NCBI GenBank assembly: GCA_039545335.1
Contig: BCIN01000001.1
Span: 1 to 64,000 of the forward strand
Direction of reading: 5' to 3'
Length of the DNA: 64,000 nucleotides
Origin: Kondoa subrosea
Lineage: Eukaryota
Shown here: positions 50,651-62,210 of the stretch, in pieces
Numbering within the stretch: the stretch's first letter is position 1
How the letters are laid out: every line of letters begins with the position of its first letter
Position numbers and translations under genes: made by a program
Notes under the pieces: generated by a model
What the model saw: the letters and a program-made list of their open reading frames with translations, nothing else
Told to the model about the DNA's origin: nothing
Databases searched by the model: none

Positions 50651-53154
50651 ATGGGCAACCTGTATGGCGCTCTCTATGTCCTCAGAGTTCTCTTCAAGCC
50701 TTCCCTGCTGCTGCCACGGCTTGTGATCAAAGGTGTGTACCGAGTTGGATGACATAGGTCAAGCTGAGCGATTTCAAGATATCCGAGATTTGGACTTTCA
50801 ATGCTTGAAAGCTAAAGGCATCACTGGTCTTGTGTTCGCTTCTTTTTCATCTCTGTCCCTTTCCTTCATTTTTATGTTCCACTTTGCATAGATTCGACAA
50901 GGACAATTGTCTGGTTTGTCGATCGCAACACGAGTTTTGTCTAAGCTGAACTTACTGAAAGACGAAACCGCATGCGGATAATCTCCCGTCTGAATTGGAA
51001 GTGAGTTGTATCCCTTGATGCTCTGGACGAATCAGGCTAACATCTAATGATAGGGAGCTTGGTCTCGGATTCTCGCTACTTTCCCTGGATCCGTCCTGAT
51101 TGTCTCGAACTCTGCTGGAACCAGAGACGATGCATGTCTCATAGCTGTAAGCTGGCAAAGCGTGCTATTACAAGGTACCTCATCATAGCTTAGGCAGAAG
51201 CAGTCTCCCGATCTCTGCGCGTCCCGGTATTAGTACACTCGAAGAAGAAACCTGCGTGTGCAGCTGCAGTCATCGATTACTTCTCGAATCCTTCGCTCGA
51301 CTCTTCAAGCGCTGTCTGGCCGGATGTTATACCTATGCGCCGATTCTCTGCTGGCAAGCAAAAAATATTGGTCGTTGGCGATCGATCTATGACTGATACT
51401 GTTCTTGCGAATCGAATACATTCACCACAATTCTCCGCTGTGCCGGTTCTCACAGAGCGACTTTGGGCTGGTGAAGGATTCGGAACTGCAGTAATGCGCT
51501 TTCTGGAAGGCGCTTCACGCCGTCTACTCACCTACTCTTCTCAAAGATGGAACATACCAAAGGCACAGCTAAAGGATGATCTGGACCAATGCCTCATCAA
51601 GCCTTTGCAAACTGCTAACAGGTCAAGAGGTCGGTTAGCTGGATTTCGAGGCATGCTGACCGGCAAACTTCCTATGCTTGGTCGACGTACCATCTGGACT
51701 ACTTCAACAATCTCAAATTCTTCGCCCGAAGCTTTACTTCAAGCAGCAGAAAAACAGCTTTCTTCCTTACGACCGGAGTCCCCTGTCTTCTTTGGACTAT
51801 CCAAGAACATTCCCTCTCAGCAACTTTCTTCCTGCGTACAGCTTCTACAAAACCTGAACTGCAAAGCTGCAGTTGGTGGCTTGACAGATACACCTGCCAA
51901 TAAAGCTTTTGCTCTTTCTTTAGCAATTTGGACACCAGACTCCACTGGAAGGACAATCATTCCCTTCCGTTCTGAAATCAAGGGCAAACCGCGGATATCT
52001 TTGGGTAGAGAAGTCAAGCCAGAAGTTCAGGAAGAGCGAGATTCCCTAGATGGAAGAATCAGCGAAGGGGTCAAAGACTGGTCAGCACTGTTTGGGGCTG
52101 ATTCTATCGCTTCTCGGGCAGAGGAAGAACTCCCGCAAGCGTTGCGAGAAATCAAGTGAGTAATTCATGTTTGTGATCGCGGATCGCCTAACCTATGACT
52201 AGTCCAAGATCAATTGAACGGATCTTGTATTTCTCTGATGATGCTCCAGAAGGCTTGACGAATGTCTTCGATAGAAGATTGCCTTCTGCTTCTATAGTAA
52301 GCTCTTCTCCTTCTGCTTGAAAGGCTGCTGATATTCTCCTAGTTTGGGGTCATCGCTTCTTATACACCCTTTGTGACTGGTCGTCGAATGACTCTATTGA
52401 ATGGAAAGTCAATTTACTCTGATGGCGCAGTCGGTCTAGCTGTAGTCAACGACAATGCGCCATCTTTACCTTCTCAAGCCAAACTCGACTTTCCTGGATG
52501 GTTGACACTAGGAAATCCTTACAAGATAACAAAGTGGGTAGGCTCCTTTCAAACCATGAGCCATGTCTGACAGGAACACTAGCGCTCAAGGGAATATCAT
52601 TCTCACCTTGGCAGATCAACCTGCAGCTAGGGTTCTCCTCGACTTAGCTCAAGGTCATGCAAAGTCGCTGAAGTCATCGCTGAACAAGGAGACGGAGTAC
52701 TATGTTGGGCTTTCGAAAGCAGTATCGCAGGCAAGTTGCACTCACAATGAGCATTGCGTTACTAAGTATATTTTCAGTCCGAACCATGTTCGCCAGAGCA
52801 GGCTATCTCTATCTCTCGCGTAACCTCAGGTGATCCCTCTAGAGGGGCTATGGCAGTAGACACAGAAGATACCTTTTCGAACGGAGATTACCTACAAGTG
52901 AGTCATCTCAAAGCCTTAATCATTGTCTCTGAGCCGTTTTCTACTAGTTCTATGCTCGTGGCGAATCTACAAATGCTGGCGACAGAATTGTTTCCGACAA
53001 AGGCTTAGTCTGCATAACTTCGCCAGGCACTGTCGACAAGAACAGCAATGCTTTCCAAGTTATGTCAGAGAATGGATTCATTGTTAGTCCAGGAGGGAAG
53101 CAGAAGAGCTGGGTCTGTTCGCTTTCTGGTAGTATAACAAGGTATACGCTGTGA
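50651..53154 (+). CDS. GEP4: Mitochondrial PGP phosphatase Gep4 (HAD IIIA) fused in frame to a FIST-like protein
   Basis: Gep4 motifs FDKDNCL|TKPH, VSNSAG, KKP and VGDRSMTD. The ORF continues without a stop into FSDDAPEG, IASYTPFVTGR..SDGAVGLA, GNIILTL..PAARVL, GDPSRG..AVDT and SENGFI. Confidence 0.8.
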
Positions 53155-53185
53155 AATGCAATGTTTATTTCAATATTTATTTCTT

Positions 53186-55432
53186 CTACACCCTCTTCTC
53201 AATGACAATGGGACCTAAATACTGTCTGTTACCTTTGTACAACTTCCTCAGCATTGTATCCCCGCTCCTTGTATCGCCATTCCTTAGAAAATACTTGTGG
53301 GCCAAAGCGTAAGCTGGTTCGACTCTTGTCATCCAGTCTTGTCTATTTTTAGGTTCTGCCATCTTGTTGATCAATTCCCACATCCCTGCACTACCTAGTT
53401 GACCATATCGTAACAACGCTTCATAGTAGATAATGGCTGTGACAGGATGATCCAAATCCATTTCAGAACGAAGTATGGCGAGTCGAAACTTCCTCAAACT
53501 CCTCCAGCTCAAGCTAGCAGTCTTCAAGTAATGCCTGAGGAGGATGTTAGTCAGATCAATTCTGTCTTCAGGATGCTTCTCGATCAATTGACGAATGATA
53601 CTGAATCGGCGGTGTCTTGCGAGATTCCGAGCATAAGCGCGAAGAGTGAGAGGATGGTAGGGTTGATTCCGCATCAAAATGATAGCTTCATGAGCTGATA
53701 TTCCCAAAAGCTTTTCGACGACATATTCAGGTGAGGGATTGTCCACCGAAGATGTAGTAGTGAATCGCGCTTTTGATATTAAGACTTGCTCTTGCATCCA
53801 TTCTGTCTGCATGTCTTTGGGAAAAGAATGAATGTACCTCATATAGGGTTCGTCTAGCTTTTGCAAAGATAGAAGACAGGATTCTAGAAGAACAGAATTG
53901 AGAAGATGGGCCGCATAGCTAGCCAAGTCATTCAAAAGGTCGGCCTTGACTCTTTCTTGCATTTCGGAGAGTTCCAGCGATCGTAAAATTGCTCGACTGG
54001 ATTCCGCTATGTGGATCGAAGGAAAAGAGGGATGCTTCAGGGGATGCAATGCTTGCTCAAATTTGCCACGAGCCGCCAAGATTGCGGCAAGACTTGGAAG
54101 CAAGAGAGGTAAGAACTTGGAAGGGATCTTCTTCGTCGTCGGCGCTTTCATTTGGAGAAGCAATGTTTCAAGGGCGCCAAGAAGCAGAGGAGACATGTCT
54201 TCAGGTAGATCTTGCTCAGCGAGAAAGTTGAACCGAGCTTCTGCCTTGCTCGAGGATAAGTGTCGCTTTCCGTGAATGACCGTTTCAGCGATTACTAGGT
54301 TCGGAGTCAGAGCGTCGGCTTTCAGTGTGTTGCGGAACAAATCTTCTAGTACTTCATTTGTATTCTGCAAGAGAGATGCTGTGAAAATTTGGGCTGGAGT
54401 ACTTGCGGCTTGTGGGTAGAGAAAACCAGTTTGTAGTTCCTCCGTTGCAAAAGCAATACAATCAGCCATTGCTACTTCATTGTGCTCGCGGTTCAAATTC
54501 CGGAGAAAGGTGAAGAGCCAAGGCATATTGATCTTCTTCATCAGTTTCCAAACTACCTTTCGCGCAGATTCCAGACGGAGAAGGTCTTCTAGGTCGTGTG
54601 GATCCAGATCTTGCAGCACAGTACTTGCTCTAAGGTGATCTTGCGCGTATAATAGACCGCTAAGTATATGCAACCTTTCAATTTGACCGCATTGACATTT
54701 GCATGCCTGGTAGACTTGCAAAGCTTTAGCGGTGTTATTCTTTGCTGATTCTTTCAATGATTCGGGAAGCAGAAAGATTCTGATTAGCAGCTTGAAGATT
54801 TCCTTCTCTTTTGTCTGGCAGACGCCATCGGCATATAGCTCGAGCAGAAGAATTTGCGCTTCTTCATAGGCTGCCTGATACTCGCTGGCCTCCATAGGCG
54901 GCGTTTTACGGTACTTGAAGAAGGTGTCGATGGATTTGGACAAAGAAGGAAGAACAGTAAGAAGATATTGAGTGTCGGCAGTTGAAGGGATTTGTAATTT
55001 GGCTGCGAGAATGTCTTGAGTTGCGCTGTACAATGCGTCAAGATGATCTGATAGCCTTTCAGGGAGACTTTGAGAAGCAGAAGAAAAGGGAAGAAGAGCT
55101 GTCTCCAGCTTGGATACAGCTGCCGACAATCTGACTGGAACTGAATCTGACCAAGATTGCTCTTCTTCAGAAGATACCGCAACCTCGGAGATGTCTGCTT
55201 GTATTGGAGCAGGCTTAGACAGCTCGAGCTTAGTGAAGGCTGCAAGGCATAAATTTTGGTCAATGTCTAATTTGCTGGCAGCTTCTTCAGACCAAGACTT
55301 ACAGACATGCCGCTCGTCCGAGTATCTTCTATGTATCCCAACACCAGTTCCAGCAAGTCTCGAGGCATTCCTAGCCAGTTGCAATGGGCGTCTGCTATTT
55401 TGTGCGACCAATCTGGTGACATGTAGGCGCAT
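53186..55432 (-). CDS. 748-aa intronless Leu-rich helical protein with a mitochondrial presequence (PPR-like, unassigned)
   Basis: Arg-rich, acid-free N-terminus ending RRYS. Helical-repeat-like composition. No catalytic motif seen. Confidence 0.7.
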   Translation of the reverse strand: MRLHVTRLVAQNSRRPLQLARNASRLAGTGVGIHRRYSDERHVCKSWSEEAASKLDIDQNLCLAAFTKLELSKPAPIQADISEVAVSSEEEQSWSDSVPVRLSAAVSKLETALLPFSSASQSLPERLSDHLDALYSATQDILAAKLQIPSTADTQYLLTVLPSLSKSIDTFFKYRKTPPMEASEYQAAYEEAQILLLELYADGVCQTKEKEIFKLLIRIFLLPESLKESAKNNTAKALQVYQACKCQCGQIERLHILSGLLYAQDHLRASTVLQDLDPHDLEDLLRLESARKVVWKLMKKINMPWLFTFLRNLNREHNEVAMADCIAFATEELQTGFLYPQAASTPAQIFTASLLQNTNEVLEDLFRNTLKADALTPNLVIAETVIHGKRHLSSSKAEARFNFLAEQDLPEDMSPLLLGALETLLLQMKAPTTKKIPSKFLPLLLPSLAAILAARGKFEQALHPLKHPSFPSIHIAESSRAILRSLELSEMQERVKADLLNDLASYAAHLLNSVLLESCLLSLQKLDEPYMRYIHSFPKDMQTEWMQEQVLISKARFTTTSSVDNPSPEYVVEKLLGISAHEAIILMRNQPYHPLTLRAYARNLARHRRFSIIRQLIEKHPEDRIDLTNILLRHYLKTASLSWRSLRKFRLAILRSEMDLDHPVTAIIYYEALLRYGQLGSAGMWELINKMAEPKNRQDWMTRVEPAYALAHKYFLRNGDTRSGDTMLRKLYKGNRQYLGPIVIEKRV

Positions 55433-55579
55433 TCACTCTTGAAGCTGGACATTTGCCCTCTTGCTGATTTCTCCTCTGTGTTGCTACCTCTGATGCATCC
55501 AGGCTACAGCGGCGGTCCGGCACCAACTTGAGAGATTTATTTGTTTCCTCGCTTGTCGAGTTACGGTCGACCCTCTCAC

Positions 55580-56551
55580 ATGCTATCAGCGCCTGTCAAC
55601 GGTCATCGAGCATCGACTTTCAACAAACAAGACGCTTCTGCTGTTTACAATCTCGCTGCAGCCAATTCTCCCTTGAGTCTACAAATCCGTCATGCGCTCA
55701 AGGTGATTGATGACACTTTGGATCGATACACGTGCGCTGTCTTTGTCAAGTGTTGCACAAGTATCGTTCTCATACTTCTATCATTGACAGGAATGATGAA
55801 GTGGCAGTCTCGTTCAATGGCGGCAAAGACTGTACTGTTCTCTTGCACCTAATATGTGCCGCACTCTACCATCGTTCTGCCTCTTCTTCATCTTCTTCAT
55901 CTTCTTCTGTTCCTACACTCAATGCAATCTACGTACGCTGCGATTCTCCATTTCCTCAAGTAGAAGAATTCATTGAACTCTCTTGCGCTTACTATAATTT
56001 ATCTTTACATACCATCACATCAGATATGCGATCCGCTCTAACGACTTATCAATCAAAACTACAACCGAAAGTGAAAGCTGTCATAGTGGGAACAAGGCGG
56101 AATGATCCTCATGGCGCAGATTTAGGTGATATGAATCGAACGGATGTGGAAAAGGGTTGGCCGGATCTGATGCGCGTTCATCCTATTCTGAATTGGGGCT
56201 ATAACACTGTATGGGATTTCCTTCGAGCGGAAGAATTGGGTCGGAATGGTTCGAAAGGGATCCCGTATTGCAATTTGTATGATTATGGGTGAGTCATCTC
56301 TTTGTCTTTTTACTACATTGTCTCAGCTAGGGAACAGATACACATCACTCGGCTCTACACACAATACCTTTCCTAATCCAACATTACGCTCATCAAATCA
56401 TATTTCGCAGTATAAACCAGCTTACATGCTAGAAGATGAATCTTTAGAACGGGCAGGCAGAGAAGGAGCAAGTACAAGTGGTATCGTTATTAGAGAAGAG
56501 AATGGTGTAGAAGAAAGGATTCCGACATCACCTAGTAATGCTTCGTTGTAA
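55580..56551 (+). CDS. FAD1: FAD synthetase (PAPS reductase family)
   Basis: VSFNGGKDCTVLLHL, VGTRRNDPHG, GWPDLMRVHPILNW, YCNLYDYG|YTSLGSTHNTFPNP, ERAGR. Confidence 0.92.
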
Positions 56552-56661
56552 TCCATCTTAGGCAAAGAATTTGTAATATGTACACTAATTTGGGGTCGGT
56601 AGCAATGACCATGGCGCATGGATGAATAGACTATATTACATTACGTTTCATTTCGGAGCAA

Positions 56662-58845
56662 TCAGCTTACAACCTTTCCTAATCCTGCTAAATGTTGCAT
56701 CGGCATTGCTAAACTTTCAGCCAACCCATCGCTTGAAGGAGACGATTGTGAGTCATTTAGAATTGGCTGCTCTTGTGTTACAGATGAAGAAATGGTAGAA
56801 GGGATAGAAGTGTAATCCTGCTTTACATCAACCACCGCGGGATGCTCAATTTGAATTCGCTCAGGCTCTTGCGCTCGCATCGGCTCTTGTAAAGCTACAG
56901 TAGGCTGTTCAACGGGATGTACAGAATTTTGTCGGGAGGGTGAGCGAGATGTATGCTCTTCAGGATCAACTTTCGCTTCTTCTACTTGAGCAAGAGAAGC
57001 GAGAGGTGCTAGTTCATAGCTAGATAGAGCAGGCTATGAGGGTCTCGAATTCAGCACAGAAAGCTTACTTTAGGACACCTGACTCACACTCGCAAACGGA
57101 ACTCGATCAGAATTCGATGTCGCACTAGGCGTTACTGCATCCGTCCGTTTGTTCTCTTCTTCATCTAAATATCCATTTCTATGGGGAAACGTAGAGGCTC
57201 TGGGTGTTCGAGGATCATTGTCCATCTCATTCGGGGAAGAAGATCTGAGAATAGGTGTGACGGGTACTTGAGGATCGTCTGGTTGAGCTGCCGTAGAAGA
57301 GGAGGTAGAAGCGGGAGTGGTAGATTGCTGCGGCTGAGATTTGGCATCCTCACCACCTTTGATGATGAACTCGCTGGAGCCGATTTTGCTATCACAGAGT
57401 CGTTGAAAGCGTTCGAATTGTGCTGCTCTTCGTTCTGCGCATAGTTTGTCCTATCATAGCCGTCAATGAAAATGTAGCAGACCAGATATATTGAGCTCAC
57501 AAAAGCATCGAAGTATTGTTCATGATCCTGCAGATGGTTCAGCTTATCACGTAGAAAAGGCAGAGGCAATAGGACCCACATAGACGAAATTCAAATCGCC
57601 ACCAAACTGCTCCTCGATAAGCTGTGACGGATCGACCAGGTCTCGAGCTTCAGCGTCATCGCGAACAAAGCGGAGCTTGTCTGTCAACACAGAAGAATGC
57701 ATCAGAATGGTCTAATCTGTTCGCATCCTCGCTGACCTTTCGTCACTGGATCGATGAAGCTTTGGATCAGCTGGGAAAAGCAGTAAGCATATGTGATTCC
57801 ACGCAAAAGAGTATGCTAATTACCTTGTAGAAAGCCCAAAAGATGGTAGGCTGACAGCGACTGTCAGTTGATCCTTCCGATGCAAATCATATTACTCACT
57901 ACATCGACGCAGATAGCTCGCCCTAATCGCTCTGCGTAATACGTTTGCAGAACTTGGACGAAAAGTCAGCTTACTTTTCTACAAAGAAAAACATAGCACT
58001 CACTGTACAGTACCTGTCTCGCTTGACCCATCGAAGTTGGCTGACCACCGCCTTGCGATGCGCCGAAATCGATACATAAAGCCAAATTCTCAACACCAGG
58101 CGGCATCATGTCTACAGCTCTTTCCAAAGTCCAGACTACAAATTGAATTTGCCGAGGAGAGACTTTGGTATTCTGTCGATAAGGATGCATATAGAGACAA
58201 GGTCTAGATTGCTTGTCGAAGCCAACAACGTATTGTTTCCCCGTTCGACCTTCTTCTTCTACTTCTGGGCCAGTCAAAGTATCTGTTCCATACTATATAC
58301 GCATACGTGAGTTGAAAGAAGCCGACATAACAACAGGAAATGCTGACCTCTCTACGCCAAACCAACGTTTCTTCAACCCTCTGTATAGCTTTCTCAAGAT
58401 CCCATCTAGTAGCACGTAGACAACGTTGGATTTGCTCAGAAGTCAACCAGAATTTCTCTCTTTCAGCCAAAGGTTCCAATCCATCCTCATTGGCCAAAGT
58501 CATTACTGATGCATCCGTGCCTCTTCTGGCATGAGTAGCACCTTCAGTTCTCGCCTGTTGCTTAGCTTTGAGTTTCCAGTAGCCTTTGAGATCTTTGAGA
58601 GCGGTAGGAATAGCATAACCTGGATCAGATAAATGTCTAATGACATGTTCCAATTTTTCTTTCTGTTCTGCGTTTAAGACAGGTCTAGGAGGTGTCGATG
58701 CATTAGGTACAGGGTCTTCAATAGGTAAGACGTGGGCATTAGGGTCTGCGATGGATCCGCGTCTGCTTGTTGACCTGCTTGTGTTGGGTGAGCCAATAGG
58801 CAAGGAAGAGTTGGAGCTGTTCTTGCTACCAAATCCAAAGACCAT
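56662..58845 (-). CDS. CRAL-TRIO/Sec14 lipid transfer protein, Pdr16/Pdr17-like, with a long disordered tail
   Basis: WLTSEQIQRCLRATRWD, TLVWRRE, EGRTGKQYVVGFDKQSRPCLY, LERAVDMMPPGVE, YYAERLG, FGGDLNF. Confidence 0.85.
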
Positions 58846-59480
58846 GGTTTGTGAAGAGTGGTATAGATCCAAGTCAAGGGGTTGCTTGTTAAAGAAAAAG
58901 AGTCATCGCATGCTTTTCGGCCAAGAAAGGCCGCCAGAAGTCACAAGAATACACATGGCCCGAAACATATAGTAAGCGTCTGCCAGTCAGCGCGCCGGAT
59001 ATGCTGACGGATATGTATAAGCCAGGCCATATAATGATGCACATCAAGCAGAACAAGATTACTAAGACAAGCTGCAAGACACATTCTGAAGAGTAGCATT
59101 ATTTCCTTGCCCGCTCTTGGGACATCACATCTTCATGTCATTTCATATGTTGTTCTGAATATGAGGCTACGAGAATATGATATAATTATGTAATTCTGGA
59201 TATCAGCTGATATGATCAATGAATGAGCGTCGATATTTTCCCACCAGACCAGCTGGAATATGAGGTGTATAGGATCAAATGCATGTTGCAAGCGATGAAG
59301 AACGGTTTGGTTGCAGGGAAAACAGCATAAGAAGTAGTAGTAGATGCTTTGATGTTTGGCCGATGAAGCAGTCGGTGACTGCGTGACGCTTAGCAAAGAA
59401 TTGTATGCGCATGTCCGGTAGAAGAATGTTACAGCTTGCAGCACAGCTCGCAGGACTGTCTGACTCACAACTGAAAATTC

Positions 59481-60854
59481 TTAAATCTCAAGGTTGCCCG
59501 CTACATCAATACCCAAAAGTGTCTTCCAATCCTTCAAAGCATCTGATCCCGGTACGTTATACCAGTCCAATTTTCCGCCCTGGAAAATCATCTCCATTTC
59601 GCTTCCACAATGGCATAGCTCTACAATAACCTGAACTGTATTGGCGTCCGCTCTTGATGTGAAAATGCTTGCAAAGATGCACATCTCTCGTACTTGCTGA
59701 ACCTGAAGTATTTCTGCAGCGAGTGTCATAACGCCTCGGGAGTATGCGCAACGTCCAGCAAGCAGAGGACAGCATTGTGATCTTGTGACAAGAGAACATT
59801 TGCGCAAAATGGGAAAGTGAGAAACTAGCTGCGAGTACTTGACTTGAGGTCGAAGAGCCGTGCCGAAGTCACAATGGAATTCTTCTAATCGTAAGCTTAT
59901 CTTGGTGTCGACTAAGATAGCAAACAGCTGGCCTAGGTCATCGCTCGTCGATGGAGGAAGTTCCTGAGCTAAGGAAATATCCAAAGAGGTTAGGCAAGGT
60001 AATGAAGATGCGGCTTGGACCCAAGTCGCAGGGCTGGCCAGATCTTGAGGGAGCAGCACCAACCTGCGAAGACGTCGTATGTTGAAATTTTCACACAGCC
60101 GGCGCAAGCTATAATTCCCGAAATCCCAGTCTTGCCAGCCAGCGAATTCTTCTATCGCCAATGGAATATGTTGGTCATCCAGACAGCTTAAGAAGGAGTG
60201 TAGAGAATCGGAATGCCGATTCAGCAAGGACATTGGTAAGTCTAGGCTGTAGTCGGCTTGCATAGTCATCACCACTCCGCTTAAACGCTGATCAATCGTC
60301 AATTCTTCTAGATTGGGGGCCAAACCCAATAAAGCAGTGTAAAACGCCGTCACCAGCTGCGGCATGTCATCCTCTCCATATTCGAAATAAACCCTTTTCA
60401 AATTGGCCAAGCCTGACAAAGTGGACATGACAGATAAAGGAGGCGGATCATCATTAGACGTGCAGACGAGGTGATTGACGTTGGTACAGAATTGAAGCAA
60501 ATGCGAGAACGTGTCAACTTGAGATTGCTTTGGCCCAGTAGTGTATATGGCCAAGATCTTGATATGCCCGCAAAGCTGGCTGTTCTGTTGCAAAGTATTG
60601 AACAGGTTTGGTGAAGCCAATTCAGCTGTGGCTCTCCTTGTCACCCTTCTGTTACTATCTGGAATGCTGTCAAGGACGAGATTGACCCGTTCGTAAAGTA
60701 GAGGAGTTGCTAGTGCGTTCCACAGACGGGAGACAGATGCGCATCTTGTAATGGTGATACGGAATTGACGTTCCGGATTGAAGAGATCGCTGCCGCGTAG
60801 CTGAGAAAAAATGGCCGCCTGGAGCTCTACTGGTAGGTTACTGATTGAAGCCAT
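59481..60854 (-). CDS. Intronless F-box protein with RNI/LRR-like body (copy B)
   Basis: Starts MASISNLPVELQAAIF like copy A and is collinear with it to the C-terminus. Confidence 0.85.
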   Translation of the reverse strand: MASISNLPVELQAAIFSQLRGSDLFNPERQFRITITRCASVSRLWNALATPLLYERVNLVLDSIPDSNRRVTRRATAELASPNLFNTLQQNSQLCGHIKILAIYTTGPKQSQVDTFSHLLQFCTNVNHLVCTSNDDPPPLSVMSTLSGLANLKRVYFEYGEDDMPQLVTAFYTALLGLAPNLEELTIDQRLSGVVMTMQADYSLDLPMSLLNRHSDSLHSFLSCLDDQHIPLAIEEFAGWQDWDFGNYSLRRLCENFNIRRLRRLVLLPQDLASPATWVQAASSLPCLTSLDISLAQELPPSTSDDLGQLFAILVDTKISLRLEEFHCDFGTALRPQVKYSQLVSHFPILRKCSLVTRSQCCPLLAGRCAYSRGVMTLAAEILQVQQVREMCIFASIFTSRADANTVQVIVELCHCGSEMEMIFQGGKLDWYNVPGSDALKDWKTLLGIDVAGNLEI

Positions 60855-61014
60855 TCTGTGCAGTCTGCTAACGACAAGAATCAGCGAAATGACGTTGAAA
60901 GAAGTGTTTGTAGTAAAGGTACAAATGCACAAGCTCAATCACCAGAATATCTAGGCAGTACCAGGCCCAGTTCACCAATTTGATGAATTCCGTCCGTTCC
61001 TTTGACAGCACACA

Positions 61015-61657
61015 ATGACCTCTGATCCAGCAGAAGACAGTCGCCTGGCCGCTTTAGAAGCCTTGTTGAGCAATTCGTTGCCTTGTTTCAGCCAAGATGT
61101 GGTGTATGAAGCCAGTAAAGTGCAAGAAGAGAAGCCAATAGGTAAGCCTTGAATTTCAACACTTGAGCGCTTCAGATCTGACTTTGTTGCACAGAGTTCC
61201 GTCTATTCTCTCATCAGAAGCGGCCTGAAGTAATTCAATTGCGAGATAAGGCCGTTGACTGGGTCCAAGAGTCGACTCGAGTTTTGTGAGCGAGAGCCTC
61301 TTCAGTAGTGACAAGTGGCTCATGCTCAGCATAGAGATGTGACGGATCTATCAGCGGAAGAGCAGCAGCTTATGCGACGCCAAGCAGAGCAGGCAGCCGT
61401 GGACATGGATTGGCTGAAGTCCCAAAGTCATGTAGCTTGGGTGAGTCTCTCTTCGCACCCTCTGATACTAACTAAGCCTCGCGAAGCCCTGGCATCGTCG
61501 ACAATCATTACTTCGCACAATTCCCTTGCGAAAAGTCAAACTACTTCATCTGCCAAATCTAGCCAAAGTCAGCCGACCTAAAGTCGCAAAGCAGAACAAG
61601 AAGCTCTATCAGCTCAAACCTTGGAAAGGTGTTCATGATGTGTCGACTCAAGTCTAA
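61015..61657 (+). CDS. DUF2011-like small protein (copy B), C-terminally truncated by a premature TAA; ancestral stop at 61718-61720
   Basis: Exons are near-identical to copy A. The AAA codon of copy A reads TAA at 61655-61657. Confidence 0.7.
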
Positions 61658-62210
61658 CTAACGAAAGCAAAACGAATGTCGAAGAAAAAGCGAGCACATG
61701 TGAAGAAAGCGTTGGCTTGAGCATACGACTCTGGAATAACCAACTGAAGCTTAGATTACCTGGATAAGCCTCAATCCATCATACTGCTGCCATGGCTTGC
61801 CTCTCAGCTTGTCAAGGCGCCCAAACAAGCTACACAAGCCTTCGCAAGTATACCTGCAAACAACAAGTTTTGCATGCCCAAACGAGGGATATGTGTTGGT
61901 CTGTTCCTTTCATCACTTTCAAAGGCTGATGTATTGACAGTAGCTGGCATGTCTCTCATGCTGTTTCTGCATCCAGTAACCCTTCAGTACTCCTGAGCTG
62001 TGCTGTGATTGTATGGAGTTGAGGAAGTCCTGAAGAGAACTTCGAGAGTGGTGAAGTCGCGGACTAGTCAGAGGAGCTGAAAATGATGTGCCTCGCTTCT
62101 GTTACAAAACGACATAATGTACAATATATATGCTCCATGAACCGTGAGTGAAAGCTAATATGGCGATGTCTAGCAGTAGACCATTCATTGAGATCTTGAC
62201 GAACGCCAAA

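Larger units (their letters stand above)
59140..62080. repeat. Right arm of the ~2.9 kb inverted segmental duplication (partner 43150-46085)
   Basis: Same elements as the left arm, in the opposite orientation. Confidence 0.9.

Noticed and set aside
21948..56551. Functional cluster of mitochondrial/cofactor genes (GUT2, NDT1, GEP4, FAD1)
   Set aside because: They are interspersed with unrelated housekeeping genes, and no shared motif or single pathway is evident.
6589..58972. Numerous 60-160 aa ORFs antisense or out-of-frame to real genes (e.g. 6589-6921, 26866-27324, 54784-55263)
   Set aside because: Shadow ORFs of coding exons with no independent evidence.
43150..62080. Composite DNA transposon with long terminal inverted repeats
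   Set aside because: There is no transposase inside, the arms are diverged gene-bearing segments, the interior genes are ordinary housekeeping genes, and no target-site duplication was seen.
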